Source: Mycobacterium tuberculosis H37Rv (GTDB lineage Bacteria > Actinomycetota > Actinomycetes > Mycobacteriales > Mycobacteriaceae). Taken from it: a DNA stretch of 32,000 bases. How positions within the stretch are numbered: position 1 is the stretch's first letter; the number at the start of each line of letters is the position of its first letter. This document shows positions 21,151 to 29,241 of this stretch, one piece after another. The position numbers and the translations under genes were made by a program. The notes below the pieces were generated by a model, which ran no database searches, was not told the DNA's origin, and was given only the letters and a program-made list of their open reading frames with translations. The stretch is taken from positions 720,001 through 752,000 of the forward strand of contig NC_000962.3 of assembly GCF_000195955.2 (NCBI RefSeq), written 5' to 3'.

Positions 21151-22617
21151 CTAAACCTCGATGTCGGATTGATGTTCGCGGCTGACCTCGACCATGAAGT
21201 TGGCGAAATATCCGGTCAGCTGCGGGTCCGACATCATCTGCCACCTCGGCGCCAGCAGCTTCATGTAGCGCTCCACGTACAGGAACTGCTTGCCGATCAG
21301 CACCAGCTCGCGGGGCAGCTTGACGTCGTAGGCGTCGGCCAGCGCCGAGAGCTGGCGGCCGATGTCGGCATATGACATGTCGCCCAGCGATTGCATGGTC
21401 AGCGGGGTGGCGAAGCGCTCCAGGTCTTTGGCGGCCTGGGTCTCGGGCTTCATGGTGCCGACGGCGCCCATGAGCACGACGATCTTGCCGGCGGCTGCGT
21501 GGTCCTTCTTCACCAGCAGCGCATACACCAGCTCGCGGAGTAGCCAGCGGGTGCGTGGATCGATGCGGCCCATGATCCCGAAGTCGAAGAACACGATGCG
21601 GCCCGCCTCGTCGACGTAGAGGTTGCCCGCGTGCAGGTCGCCGTGGAACAGCCCGTGCCGCAGGCCGCCCTCGAACACCGAAAACAGCAGTGCCTTGACC
21701 AGCTCGACACCGTCGAACCCGGCCTTGCGGATCGCGGCGGCGTTGTCGATGCGGATGCCGTGCACCCGTTCCATCGTCAACACCCGCTCGGTGGTGAAGT
21801 CCCAGTGCACCTGCGGCACCCGGATGTTTTTGCCCAGCGGCGAGGCGTGTAGGTGGGAGACCCAGGCCTCCATGGACTGCGCCTCGAGGCGAAAGTCCAG
21901 CTCCTCGGCCAGGTTGTCGGCGAAGTCGGCGACCACGTCTTGTGCCGAGAGCCGCCGGCCCAGCTTGGCCAGTTCGACGGTCTGCGCGAAGCGCTTGAGG
22001 ATCTGCAGGTCGGCGGCAACGCGGCGGCGGATGCCCGGCCGCTGGATCTTGACCACCACCTCCTCGCCGCTGCGCAGGGTCGCGTAGTGCACCTGGGCGA
22101 TGGACGCCGACGCGAACGGCTCTTCCTCGAAGGAGGCGAACAGCCGGGCCGGCTCGTCGCCGAGTTCCTCGACGAAGAGCTTGTGCACCTCGTCGGTTTT
22201 TGCGGGCGGCACCCGGTCGAGCAGGCCGCGGAATTCCCGCGACAGCGACTCACCGAATGCTCCCGGGCTGGACGCGATGATCTGGCCGAACTTCACGTAT
22301 GTCGGTCCCAGATCGGCGAAGGTCTGCGGGAGCTCCTTGATCACCTTCTGTTGCCAGGGCCCTTTTCGGGGGAGCCTGCCGATGAACCGGACGGCGGTGC
22401 GGGTGACCTGCCAACCGGTGGCCGCCACCCGGGCAGCTTCGACCGGCAGCGGTACCCGGTCAAGCTTGGCCACCTCGCGGTGTGTGGTGGAACCCATCTG
22501 AGCAGTGTGCCAAACCGGGGCAGACAGCTCCCAATTGACGTGAGCCCGCTCACTTGCTGGGTAAGCGTCGCCGAATGTGTAATGAGGGCGGAAATCCGGC
22601 CCGATTTCCGCCCTCAT
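21151..22617 (-). CDS. ABC1/UbiB (ADCK)-family atypical kinase-like protein (488 aa as longest start; alternative ATG at 22497 gives 448 aa)
   Basis: KxGQ-type motif 'GPTYVKFGQIIASSPGAFGESL', 'EVVVKIQRPGIRRRVAADL', 'HGDLHAGNLYVDEAGRIVFFDFGIMG'. Matches Rv0647c. Confidence 0.9.
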   Translation of the reverse strand: MRAEIGPDFRPHYTFGDAYPASERAHVNWELSAPVWHTAQMGSTTHREVAKLDRVPLPVEAARVAATGWQVTRTAVRFIGRLPRKGPWQQKVIKELPQTFADLGPTYVKFGQIIASSPGAFGESLSREFRGLLDRVPPAKTDEVHKLFVEELGDEPARLFASFEEEPFASASIAQVHYATLRSGEEVVVKIQRPGIRRRVAADLQILKRFAQTVELAKLGRRLSAQDVVADFADNLAEELDFRLEAQSMEAWVSHLHASPLGKNIRVPQVHWDFTTERVLTMERVHGIRIDNAAAIRKAGFDGVELVKALLFSVFEGGLRHGLFHGDLHAGNLYVDEAGRIVFFDFGIMGRIDPRTRWLLRELVYALLVKKDHAAAGKIVVLMGAVGTMKPETQAAKDLERFATPLTMQSLGDMSYADIGRQLSALADAYDVKLPRELVLIGKQFLYVERYMKLLAPRWQMMSDPQLTGYFANFMVEVSREHQSDIEV

Positions 22618-22634
22618 TACACATTCGGCGACGC
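22565..22634. repeat. 70-bp near-perfect palindrome (two 32-bp perfect arms)
   Basis: GCGTCGCCGAATGTGTAATGAGGGCGGAAATC (22565-22596), centre CGGCCC, GATTTCCGCCCTCATTACACATTCGGCGACGC (22603-22634). The arms are exact reverse complements. Confidence 0.97.
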
Positions 22635-22718
22635 GTGGACTACCTCAAGCCGTACTGGGATACCCACCCGCAGGACCGCGCCGACCTGCGCCGGTTCCTC
22701 GCCGATGGCCGTATCGAA

Positions 22719-25700
22719 GTGATGGGCGGAACCTACAACGAACCCAACACCAACCTCACCAGCCCGGAGACCACCATCCGAAACCTGGTGCACGGCATCG
22801 GTTTTCAGCGTGACGTGCTGGGCGCCGAGCCGGCCACCGCGTGGCAGCTCGACGTGTTCGGCCATGACCCGCAATTTCCTGGGCTGGCCGCCGATGCCGG
22901 GCTGACGTCGAGTTCCTGGGCCCGCGGGCCACACCACCAGTGGGGTCCGGCCCAAGGCGGGGTAGACCGCATGCAGTTTTGCAGCGAGTTCGAGTGGATC
23001 GCGCCGTCGGGTCGCGGCCTGTTGACCCATTACATGCCGGCGCATTATTCGGCGGGCTGGTCGATGGACTCGTCCACCTCGCTGGCCGACGCTGAGGCCG
23101 CCACCTACGCGCTGTTCGACCAGCTCAAAAAGGTCGCGCTGACCCGCAACGTGCTCCTGCCGGTGGGCACCGACTACACCCCGCCGAACAAGTGGGTCAC
23201 CGCCATCCACCGCGACTGGGGTGCGCGCTACACCTGGCCGCGCTTCGTGTGCGCGCTGCCCAAGGAGTTCTTCGCCGCGGTGCGCGCCGAACTGGCCAAG
23301 CGTGGTTGGGTGCCGTCGCCGCAGACCCGCGACATGAACCCGATCTACACCGGCAAGGACGTCTCCTACATCGACACCAAACAAGCCAACCGGGCCGCCG
23401 AGAACGCCGTCCTGGAAGCCGAGCGGTTCGCGGTGTTCGCCGCGCTGCTGACCGGCGCCGAGTATCCGCAGGCGGCGTTGGCCAAGGCGTGGGTGCAACT
23501 GGCCTACGGTGCGCACCACGACGCCATCACCGGCTCGGAGTCCGACCAGGTCTACCTCGACCTGCTGACCGGGTGGCGTGACGCGTGGGAGCTGGGCCGC
23601 GCGGCCCGGGACAACTCGCTGCGGTTGCTGTCCGGCGCGGTCGCCGCGTCGCACGATCGCGTCGTCGTGTGGAACCCGCTGACCCAGCGGCGCACCGACA
23701 TCGTCACTGCCAGGGTCGACCCGCCGCTGCAGGCCGGCGTGCGGGTGTTCGATCCCGACGGGGCTGAGGTGGCCGCGCTCGTCGAGCACGACGGACGGTC
23801 GGTCACCTGGCTGGCGTGCGACGTGCCCTCGCTGGGCTGGCGGGTTTACCGGTTGGTGCCCGCCGACGAGGCGCCAGGCTGGGAATTGGTACCCGGCACC
23901 GACATCGCCAACGAGCACTATCGGCTGGCCGTCGACCCCGAGCGTGGCGGGGCGTTGTCGTCGCTGGTGCAGGACGGCCGCCAGCTGATCGCCGCCGGCC
24001 GGGTAGCCAACGAGCTGGCCCTCTACGAGGAATACCCGTCGCACCCGACTCAGGGGGAGGGTCCGTGGCATCTACTGCCCACGGGGCCGGTGGTGTGCTC
24101 CTCGGCATGCCCGGCGCAGGTGCAGGCATACCGCGGCCCGCTCGGTCAGCGGTTGGTCGTGCGGGGGCGGATCGGCACCCTGCTGCGCTACACGCAGACA
24201 CTCACCTTGTGGGACGGCGTCGACCGGGTGGACTGCCGCACCAGCATCGACGAGTTCACCGGGGAAGACCGCTTGCTGCGGCTGCGCTGGCCGTGTCCGG
24301 TACCCGGCGCCATGCCGATCAGCGAAGTGGGGGACGCCGTCGTCGGGCGGGGTTTCGCGTTGCTGCACGAGGGGCCCGAATCGGTGGACACCGCCCAGCA
24401 TCCGTGGACCCTGGACAACCCGGCCTACGGCTGGTTCGGGTTGTCCTCGGCGGTGCGGGTACGCGCCGGCGATGGGGTGCGCGCGGTGTCGGTGGCCGAG
24501 GTGGTGTCGCCGACGGAGACGGTGTCCGGCCCGATGGCGCGCGACCTGATGGTCGCGCTGGTCCGCGCGGGCGTCACCGCGACCTGCAGCGGCGCCGACA
24601 AGCCGCGCTACGGCCACCTCGATGTCGATTCCAATCTGCCGGACGCCAGGATCGCGCTCGGTGGGCCGGACCGCAACACGTTCACCAAGGCCGTGCTGGC
24701 CGAGGCCGCCCCGGCCTACACCGCCGAACTGCAGCGGCAGCTGGCGAAGACCGGCACGGCCAGGGTGTGGGTGCCGGCCGCGAACCCGTTGGCGCGGGCC
24801 TGGCTGCCCGGCGCGGACTTGCGGGCACCGTGCGCGCTGCCGGTGCTGGTGATCGACGGCCGAGACGAGAAGCACCTGCGCGCCGCGGTGGCGTCGCTGG
24901 CCGACGACCTGGCCGACGCCGAGATCGTCGTGCACCAGCGGGCCGCGCCGCAAATGGAGCCGTTCGAGGATCGCACGGTCGCGCTGCTCAACCGTGGGGT
25001 GCCCAGCTTCGCCGTCGACTCCGAGGGCACCCTGCACACCGCGCTGATGCGGTCGTGCACCGGCTGGCCCTCCGGGGTCTGGATCGACCAGCCGCGACGC
25101 ACCGCCCCGGATGGCTCGAATTTCCAACTCCAGCACTGGACCCACCACTTCGACTACGCGCTTGTCTGCGGCGGCGGCGATTGGCGGCGCGCCGGCATCC
25201 CGGCGCGCAGCGCGCAGTTCTCCCACCCGCTGCTTGCGGTGGCGCCGCGACGGCCACAGGGCGAGCTGCCGGCGGTCGGCTCGCTGCTGCACGTCGAGCC
25301 GGCCGACTCGGTGCAGCTGGGCGCGCTCAAGGCGGCCGGCAACCCGCTGGCAGCCGGCAGCGCGCGGCCGGTCCAACCCGCCGCGGTGGCGCTGCGATTG
25401 GTGCAAACGACAGGAGCCGACACCCCGGTCACCATCGGCTGCGAGCTGGGCAAGGTAGGCGCCCTCCGGCCGGCCGACCTGCTGGAAACGCCGCTCGCAA
25501 TGGCAAGGGCGCGCAAGTCGTCCATCGACCTGCACGGCTATCAGGTCGCCACCGTGCTGGCCCGGCTCGACGTGGCCGCTGATATGGCTAACGTGCTGGC
25601 GGCCGACGACGTGGCGTTGGCGCCGCACGCCGAGACCGCTCAGCCGCAGTACGCGCGCTATTGGCTGCACAACCGCGGCCCGGCGCCGCTGGGCGGGCTG

Positions 25701-26366
25701 CCCGCGGTCGCCCACCTGCACCCGCGGCGGGTGCGCGGCCAGCCCGGTGACGACGTGGTGCTGCGCCTGACCGCGGCCAGCGACTGCACCGATTCGGTGC
25801 TGGGCGGCGTGGTCGACGTCGTGTGTCCGCTCGGCTGGCCGGCCACACCGGCTCGGTTGCCGTTCACGCTGGGCGCCGGGGCGCACCTGCAGGCCGACAT
25901 CGCGTTGAGCATTCCCGCCGGCGCGCCGCCGGGACCGTATCCGGTCCGCGCGCAGCTGCGCGTCGTCGACACGGCGGTACCGGCCGCCTGGCGCCAGGTG
26001 GTCGAGGACGTGTGCGTGGTCACCGTCGGCGCCGACTCCGATCTGGAGGAGCTGGTCTACCTCGTCGATGGGCCGGCCGACATCGAGCTGGCCGCCGGCG
26101 ACCGGGCCCGGCTGGCGGTGACGATCGGCAGCCGCGCTCACGCCGAGCTGGCCCTGGATGCGCACTCGATCAGCCCCTGGGGCACCTGGGAGTGGATCGG
26201 CCCGCCCGCGCTCGGCGCCGTGCTACCCGCCCGGGGCATGGCCAAGCTGGCTTTCGATGTGACCCCGCCGGCCTGGCTGGAGCCCGGGCAGTGGTGGGCC
26301 CTGGTTCGGGTCGGTTGCGCGGGTCAGTTGGTCTATTCGCCGGCGGTGAAGGTGAGCGTGACATGA
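22719..26366 (+). CDS. Alpha-mannosidase-like glycoside hydrolase, GH38-related (1215 aa from GTG 22719; frame open back through 22635 into the palindrome)
   Basis: 'WQLDVFGHDPQFPGLAADAG' resembles the GH38 nucleophile region; 'KAWVQLAYGAHHDAITGSESDQVYLDLLTGW' resembles the GH38 mid/C-terminal region. Matches Rv0648. Confidence 0.88.
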   Translation: MMGGTYNEPNTNLTSPETTIRNLVHGIGFQRDVLGAEPATAWQLDVFGHDPQFPGLAADAGLTSSSWARGPHHQWGPAQGGVDRMQFCSEFEWIAPSGRGLLTHYMPAHYSAGWSMDSSTSLADAEAATYALFDQLKKVALTRNVLLPVGTDYTPPNKWVTAIHRDWGARYTWPRFVCALPKEFFAAVRAELAKRGWVPSPQTRDMNPIYTGKDVSYIDTKQANRAAENAVLEAERFAVFAALLTGAEYPQAALAKAWVQLAYGAHHDAITGSESDQVYLDLLTGWRDAWELGRAARDNSLRLLSGAVAASHDRVVVWNPLTQRRTDIVTARVDPPLQAGVRVFDPDGAEVAALVEHDGRSVTWLACDVPSLGWRVYRLVPADEAPGWELVPGTDIANEHYRLAVDPERGGALSSLVQDGRQLIAAGRVANELALYEEYPSHPTQGEGPWHLLPTGPVVCSSACPAQVQAYRGPLGQRLVVRGRIGTLLRYTQTLTLWDGVDRVDCRTSIDEFTGEDRLLRLRWPCPVPGAMPISEVGDAVVGRGFALLHEGPESVDTAQHPWTLDNPAYGWFGLSSAVRVRAGDGVRAVSVAEVVSPTETVSGPMARDLMVALVRAGVTATCSGADKPRYGHLDVDSNLPDARIALGGPDRNTFTKAVLAEAAPAYTAELQRQLAKTGTARVWVPAANPLARAWLPGADLRAPCALPVLVIDGRDEKHLRAAVASLADDLADAEIVVHQRAAPQMEPFEDRTVALLNRGVPSFAVDSEGTLHTALMRSCTGWPSGVWIDQPRRTAPDGSNFQLQHWTHHFDYALVCGGGDWRRAGIPARSAQFSHPLLAVAPRRPQGELPAVGSLLHVEPADSVQLGALKAAGNPLAAGSARPVQPAAVALRLVQTTGADTPVTIGCELGKVGALRPADLLETPLAMARARKSSIDLHGYQVATVLARLDVAADMANVLAADDVALAPHAETAQPQYARYWLHNRGPAPLGGLPAVAHLHPRRVRGQPGDDVVLRLTAASDCTDSVLGGVVDVVCPLGWPATPARLPFTLGAGAHLQADIALSIPAGAPPGPYPVRAQLRVVDTAVPAAWRQVVEDVCVVTVGADSDLEELVYLVDGPADIELAAGDRARLAVTIGSRAHAELALDAHSISPWGTWEWIGPPALGAVLPARGMAKLAFDVTPPAWLEPGQWWALVRVGCAGQLVYSPAVKVSVT

Positions 26367-27037
26367 GCGGGCGAAGCCGATTGCCCGGCTCCTCCTCACG
26401 CCGCGACGCGGCGCGCATCGTCGCCGAGCGGGTGGTCGCGACCGTCGCCGGTGTCGCGGTAGCGGTCGACGAGGTCGACGCGGCCGAAGCGCGGCTGCGC
26501 GACGGACCGCGCGCGGCCGCGCTGCCGGCGAGCGGCACCAGCGAGGGACGCCAACTGCGGCGCTGGCTCACCCAACTGATCGTGACCGAGCGGGTGGTAG
26601 CCGCCGAGGCCGCCGCACGTGGTCTGACCGCGGCGGGCGCCCCCGCCGAGGCGGACCTGCTGCCCGACGCGACGGCTCGGCTGGAGATCGGCAGCGTCGC
26701 CGCCGCGGTGCTGGCGGATCCTTTGGCGCGGGCGTTGTTCGCCGCCGTCACCGCGCGGGTCGCGGTCACCGACGACGCCGTGGCCGACTACCATGCCCGC
26801 AACCCGCTGCGGTTCGCCGCGCCATGTCCCGGCCAGCACGGCTGGCGTGCCCCGGCGGCGGCCGCCCCACCGCTGGATCAGGTGCGCCGCGCGATCACCG
26901 AGCATCTGTTGGGGGCCGCGCGCCGCCGCGCCTTCCGGGTGTGGCTGGACGCGCGCCGGAACGCCCTGGTGGTGCTGGCCCCCGGCTATGAGCACCCCGG
27001 CGACCCGCGCCAACCCGACAACACCCGCCGGCACTGA
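26363..27037 (+). CDS. fabD2: Protein traditionally annotated as FabD2 (224 aa); transacylase assignment doubtful
   Basis: MSGRSRLPGSSSRRDAARIVAERVVATVAG...NTRRH. ATG overlaps the upstream stop (ATGA). Matches Rv0649. No GHSxG-type motif visible. Confidence 0.7.
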   Translation: MSGRSRLPGSSSRRDAARIVAERVVATVAGVAVAVDEVDAAEARLRDGPRAAALPASGTSEGRQLRRWLTQLIVTERVVAAEAAARGLTAAGAPAEADLLPDATARLEIGSVAAAVLADPLARALFAAVTARVAVTDDAVADYHARNPLRFAAPCPGQHGWRAPAAAAPPLDQVRRAITEHLLGAARRRAFRVWLDARRNALVVLAPGYEHPGDPRQPDNTRRH

Positions 27038-27945
27038 TGCTCACCCTTTGCCTCGACATCGGCGGCACCAAGATCGCCGCGGGCCTGGCCGACCCGGCCG
27101 GCACGTTGGTGCACACCGCCCAACGTCCCACCCCGGCGTATGGCGGAGCCGAACAGGTCTGGGCCGCGGTCGCCGAGATGATCGCCGACGCGCTCGGCGT
27201 GGCGGGGGGCGCGGTCGGTGGTGTGGGGATCGCCTCGGCCGGTCCTATCGACCTACACAGCGGCCGCGTCAGCCCGATCAACATCGGATCCTGGGGCGGC
27301 TTTCCGCTGCGGGATCGGGTCGCCGCCGCGGTCCCGGGGGTTCCGGTGCGGCTGGGGGGTGACGGGGTGTGCATGGCGCTCGGCGAGCACTGGCTGGGAG
27401 CCGGACGGGGTGCGCGCTTTCTGTTGGGTTTGGTGGTGTCCACCGGGGTGGGCGGCGGGTTGGTGCTCGACGGCGCCCCCTGTCTCGGCCGCACCGGCAA
27501 CGCCGGTCACGTCGGCCACGTGGTGGTGGATCCGGATGGCTCGCCGTGCCCGTGCGGGGGGCGTGGCTGTGTGGAGACCATCGCGTCCGGCCCGTCGCTG
27601 GCGCGCTGGGCGCGGGCCAACGGCTGGTCCGCGCCGCCCGGGGCCGGCGCCAAAGAGCTGGCCGAGGCGGCTGGGGCCGGAGACCCGGTGGCGCTGCGGG
27701 CCTTCCGCCGCGGCGCCGCGGCGCTGGCCGCGATGATCGCCTCGGTGGGCGCCGTGTGCGACTTGGATCTCGCCGTCATCGGCGGCGGCGTGGCCAAGTC
27801 GGGTCGCCTGCTGTTCGAGCCGTTACGTGCGGCGCTAGCCGACCACGCCCGGCTGGACTTTCTGGCCGGCCTGCGGGTGGTGCCTGCCGAGCTGGGCGGC
27901 GCCGCCGGCCTGGTGGGTGCGGCCAGGCTCGCGGCCATCGCATAA
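27037..27945 (+). CDS. ROK-family sugar kinase (302 aa)
   Basis: 'CLDIGGTKIAAGLADPAG' phosphate-binding motif and ROK signature 'NAGHVGHVVVDPDGSPCPCGGRGCVETIASGPSLARWA'. Matches Rv0650. Confidence 0.92.
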   Translation: MLTLCLDIGGTKIAAGLADPAGTLVHTAQRPTPAYGGAEQVWAAVAEMIADALGVAGGAVGGVGIASAGPIDLHSGRVSPINIGSWGGFPLRDRVAAAVPGVPVRLGGDGVCMALGEHWLGAGRGARFLLGLVVSTGVGGGLVLDGAPCLGRTGNAGHVGHVVVDPDGSPCPCGGRGCVETIASGPSLARWARANGWSAPPGAGAKELAEAAGAGDPVALRAFRRGAAALAAMIASVGAVCDLDLAVIGGGVAKSGRLLFEPLRAALADHARLDFLAGLRVVPAELGGAAGLVGAARLAAIA

Positions 27946-27946
27946 T

Positions 27947-28006
27947 GCCGATTGTGAATCTGGCGACGCGACACGCCGGTGCGGCGTCGCGGGATTCACA
28001 CTCGGC
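27947..28006. repeat. Imperfect inverted repeat (23-nt arms, 20/23 complementary, 14-nt loop)
   Basis: GCCGATTGTGAATCTGGCGACGC (27947-27969) and GCGTCGCGGGATTCACACTCGGC (27984-28006), directly after the ROK kinase stop. Confidence 0.8.
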
Positions 28007-28065
28007 GATACGTGTCGCCGTTTTGGCTGACCGGACCGGGCCAGGCTATTGTGGTTGCCGATCCA

Positions 28066-28205
28066 CCGAAGACCGTCGGTCACCGAGCAATCGGTTGAAG
28101 GTCCGGGAGCATCCCGGCGACCCACGCAGGAGGACGAGGCAGCACCGCCGGCGCGCGCCGGCCTAGTTCCACGCCCCGACCGCTTCCTGCGTCGGGGCGT
28201 TCGTC
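28066..28205 (+). promoter_or_regulatory. Ribosomal protein L10 leader (rplJL autoregulatory/attenuation leader)
   Basis: GACCG-t-CGGTC (28071-28081); CCGGGA-gca-TCCCGG (28103-28117); ACGCAGGA (28124-28131) complementary to TCCTGCGT (28185-28192); terminator-like ACGCCCCGAC/GTCGGGGCGT hairpin (28171-28200) followed by TTCGTCGTT. Lies upstream of rplJ. Confidence 0.8.
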
Positions 28206-28275
28206 GTTCCCGGGTGGTCGCAGACGGCACGTCGTACCCCGACTGCCACCAGACTTGCACCGTCAGGAGGTATGC

Positions 28276-28812
28276 ATGGCCAGGGCTGACAAGGCCACCG
28301 CCGTCGCAGACATCGCAGCGCAGTTCAAGGAGTCGACCGCGACGTTGATCACCGAATACCGCGGCTTGACGGTGGCCAACCTGGCCGAGCTACGCAGGTC
28401 TCTGACGGGGTCGGCGACCTACGCGGTGGCCAAAAACACACTCATCAAGCGGGCGGCCTCCGAGGCCGGCATCGAGGGCCTCGACGAACTGTTTGTGGGC
28501 CCCACCGCGATCGCGTTCGTCACCGGTGAGCCGGTCGACGCCGCCAAGGCCATCAAGACCTTCGCCAAGGAGCACAAGGCGCTGGTCATCAAGGGCGGCT
28601 ACATGGACGGCCACCCATTGACCGTGGCCGAAGTCGAGCGCATCGCCGACCTGGAGTCCCGCGAGGTGTTACTGGCCAAGCTGGCCGGTGCGATGAAGGG
28701 CAACCTGGCCAAGGCGGCCGGGTTGTTCAACGCGCCGGCCTCGCAGCTGGCCCGGCTCGCGGCCGCCCTGCAGGAAAAGAAGGCCTGCCCAGGCCCAGAC
28801 TCAGCCGAGTAG
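28276..28812 (+). CDS. rplJ: 50S ribosomal protein L10 (178 aa)
   Basis: [61 protein letters not shown]..., preceded by AGGAGG. Confidence 0.97.
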
Positions 28813-28848
28813 TCACCCAGTACCCCACACCAGGAAGGACCGCCCATC

Positions 28849-29241
28849 ATGGCAAAGCTCTCCACCGACGAACTGCTGGACGCGTTCAAGGAAATGACCC
28901 TGTTGGAGCTCTCCGACTTCGTCAAGAAGTTCGAGGAGACCTTCGAGGTCACCGCCGCCGCTCCAGTCGCCGTCGCCGCCGCCGGTGCCGCCCCGGCCGG
29001 TGCCGCCGTCGAGGCTGCCGAGGAGCAGTCCGAGTTCGACGTGATCCTTGAGGCCGCCGGCGACAAGAAGATCGGCGTCATCAAGGTGGTCCGGGAGATC
29101 GTTTCCGGCCTGGGCCTCAAGGAGGCCAAGGACCTGGTCGACGGCGCGCCCAAGCCGCTGCTGGAGAAGGTCGCCAAGGAGGCCGCCGACGAGGCCAAGG
29201 CCAAGCTGGAGGCCGCCGGCGCCACCGTCACCGTCAAGTAG
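28849..29241 (+). CDS. rplL: 50S ribosomal protein L7/L12 (130 aa)
   Basis: [46 protein letters not shown]...[51 protein letters not shown]... Confidence 0.98.
   Translation: MAKLSTDELLDAFKEMTLLELSDFVKKFEETFEVTAAAPVAVAAAGAAPAGAAVEAAEEQSEFDVILEAAGDKKIGVIKVVREIVSGLGLKEAKDLVDGAPKPLLEKVAKEAADEAKAKLEAAGATVTVK

Noticed and set aside
22617-24071. 484-aa minus-strand ORF antisense to the mannosidase 5' half
   Set aside because: Same codon-bias artefact. Translation lacks recognisable motifs and extends into the palindrome.
23816-25582. 588-aa + strand alternative-frame ORF
   Set aside because: Overlaps the mannosidase in another frame and is Arg/Ala/Gly/Pro-rich with no domain signature.
24072-26165. 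697-aa minus-strand ORF antisense to the mannosidase
   Set aside because: Typical GC-rich mirror ORF of a real high-GC coding sequence: low-complexity Arg/Gln/His-rich translation with no domain, fully antisense to a well-supported gene.
25823-26362. N-terminal extension of the fabD2 ORF inside the mannosidase
   Set aside because: Arg/Gly-rich out-of-frame translation. The coupled ATG at 26363 overlapping the upstream stop is a better start.
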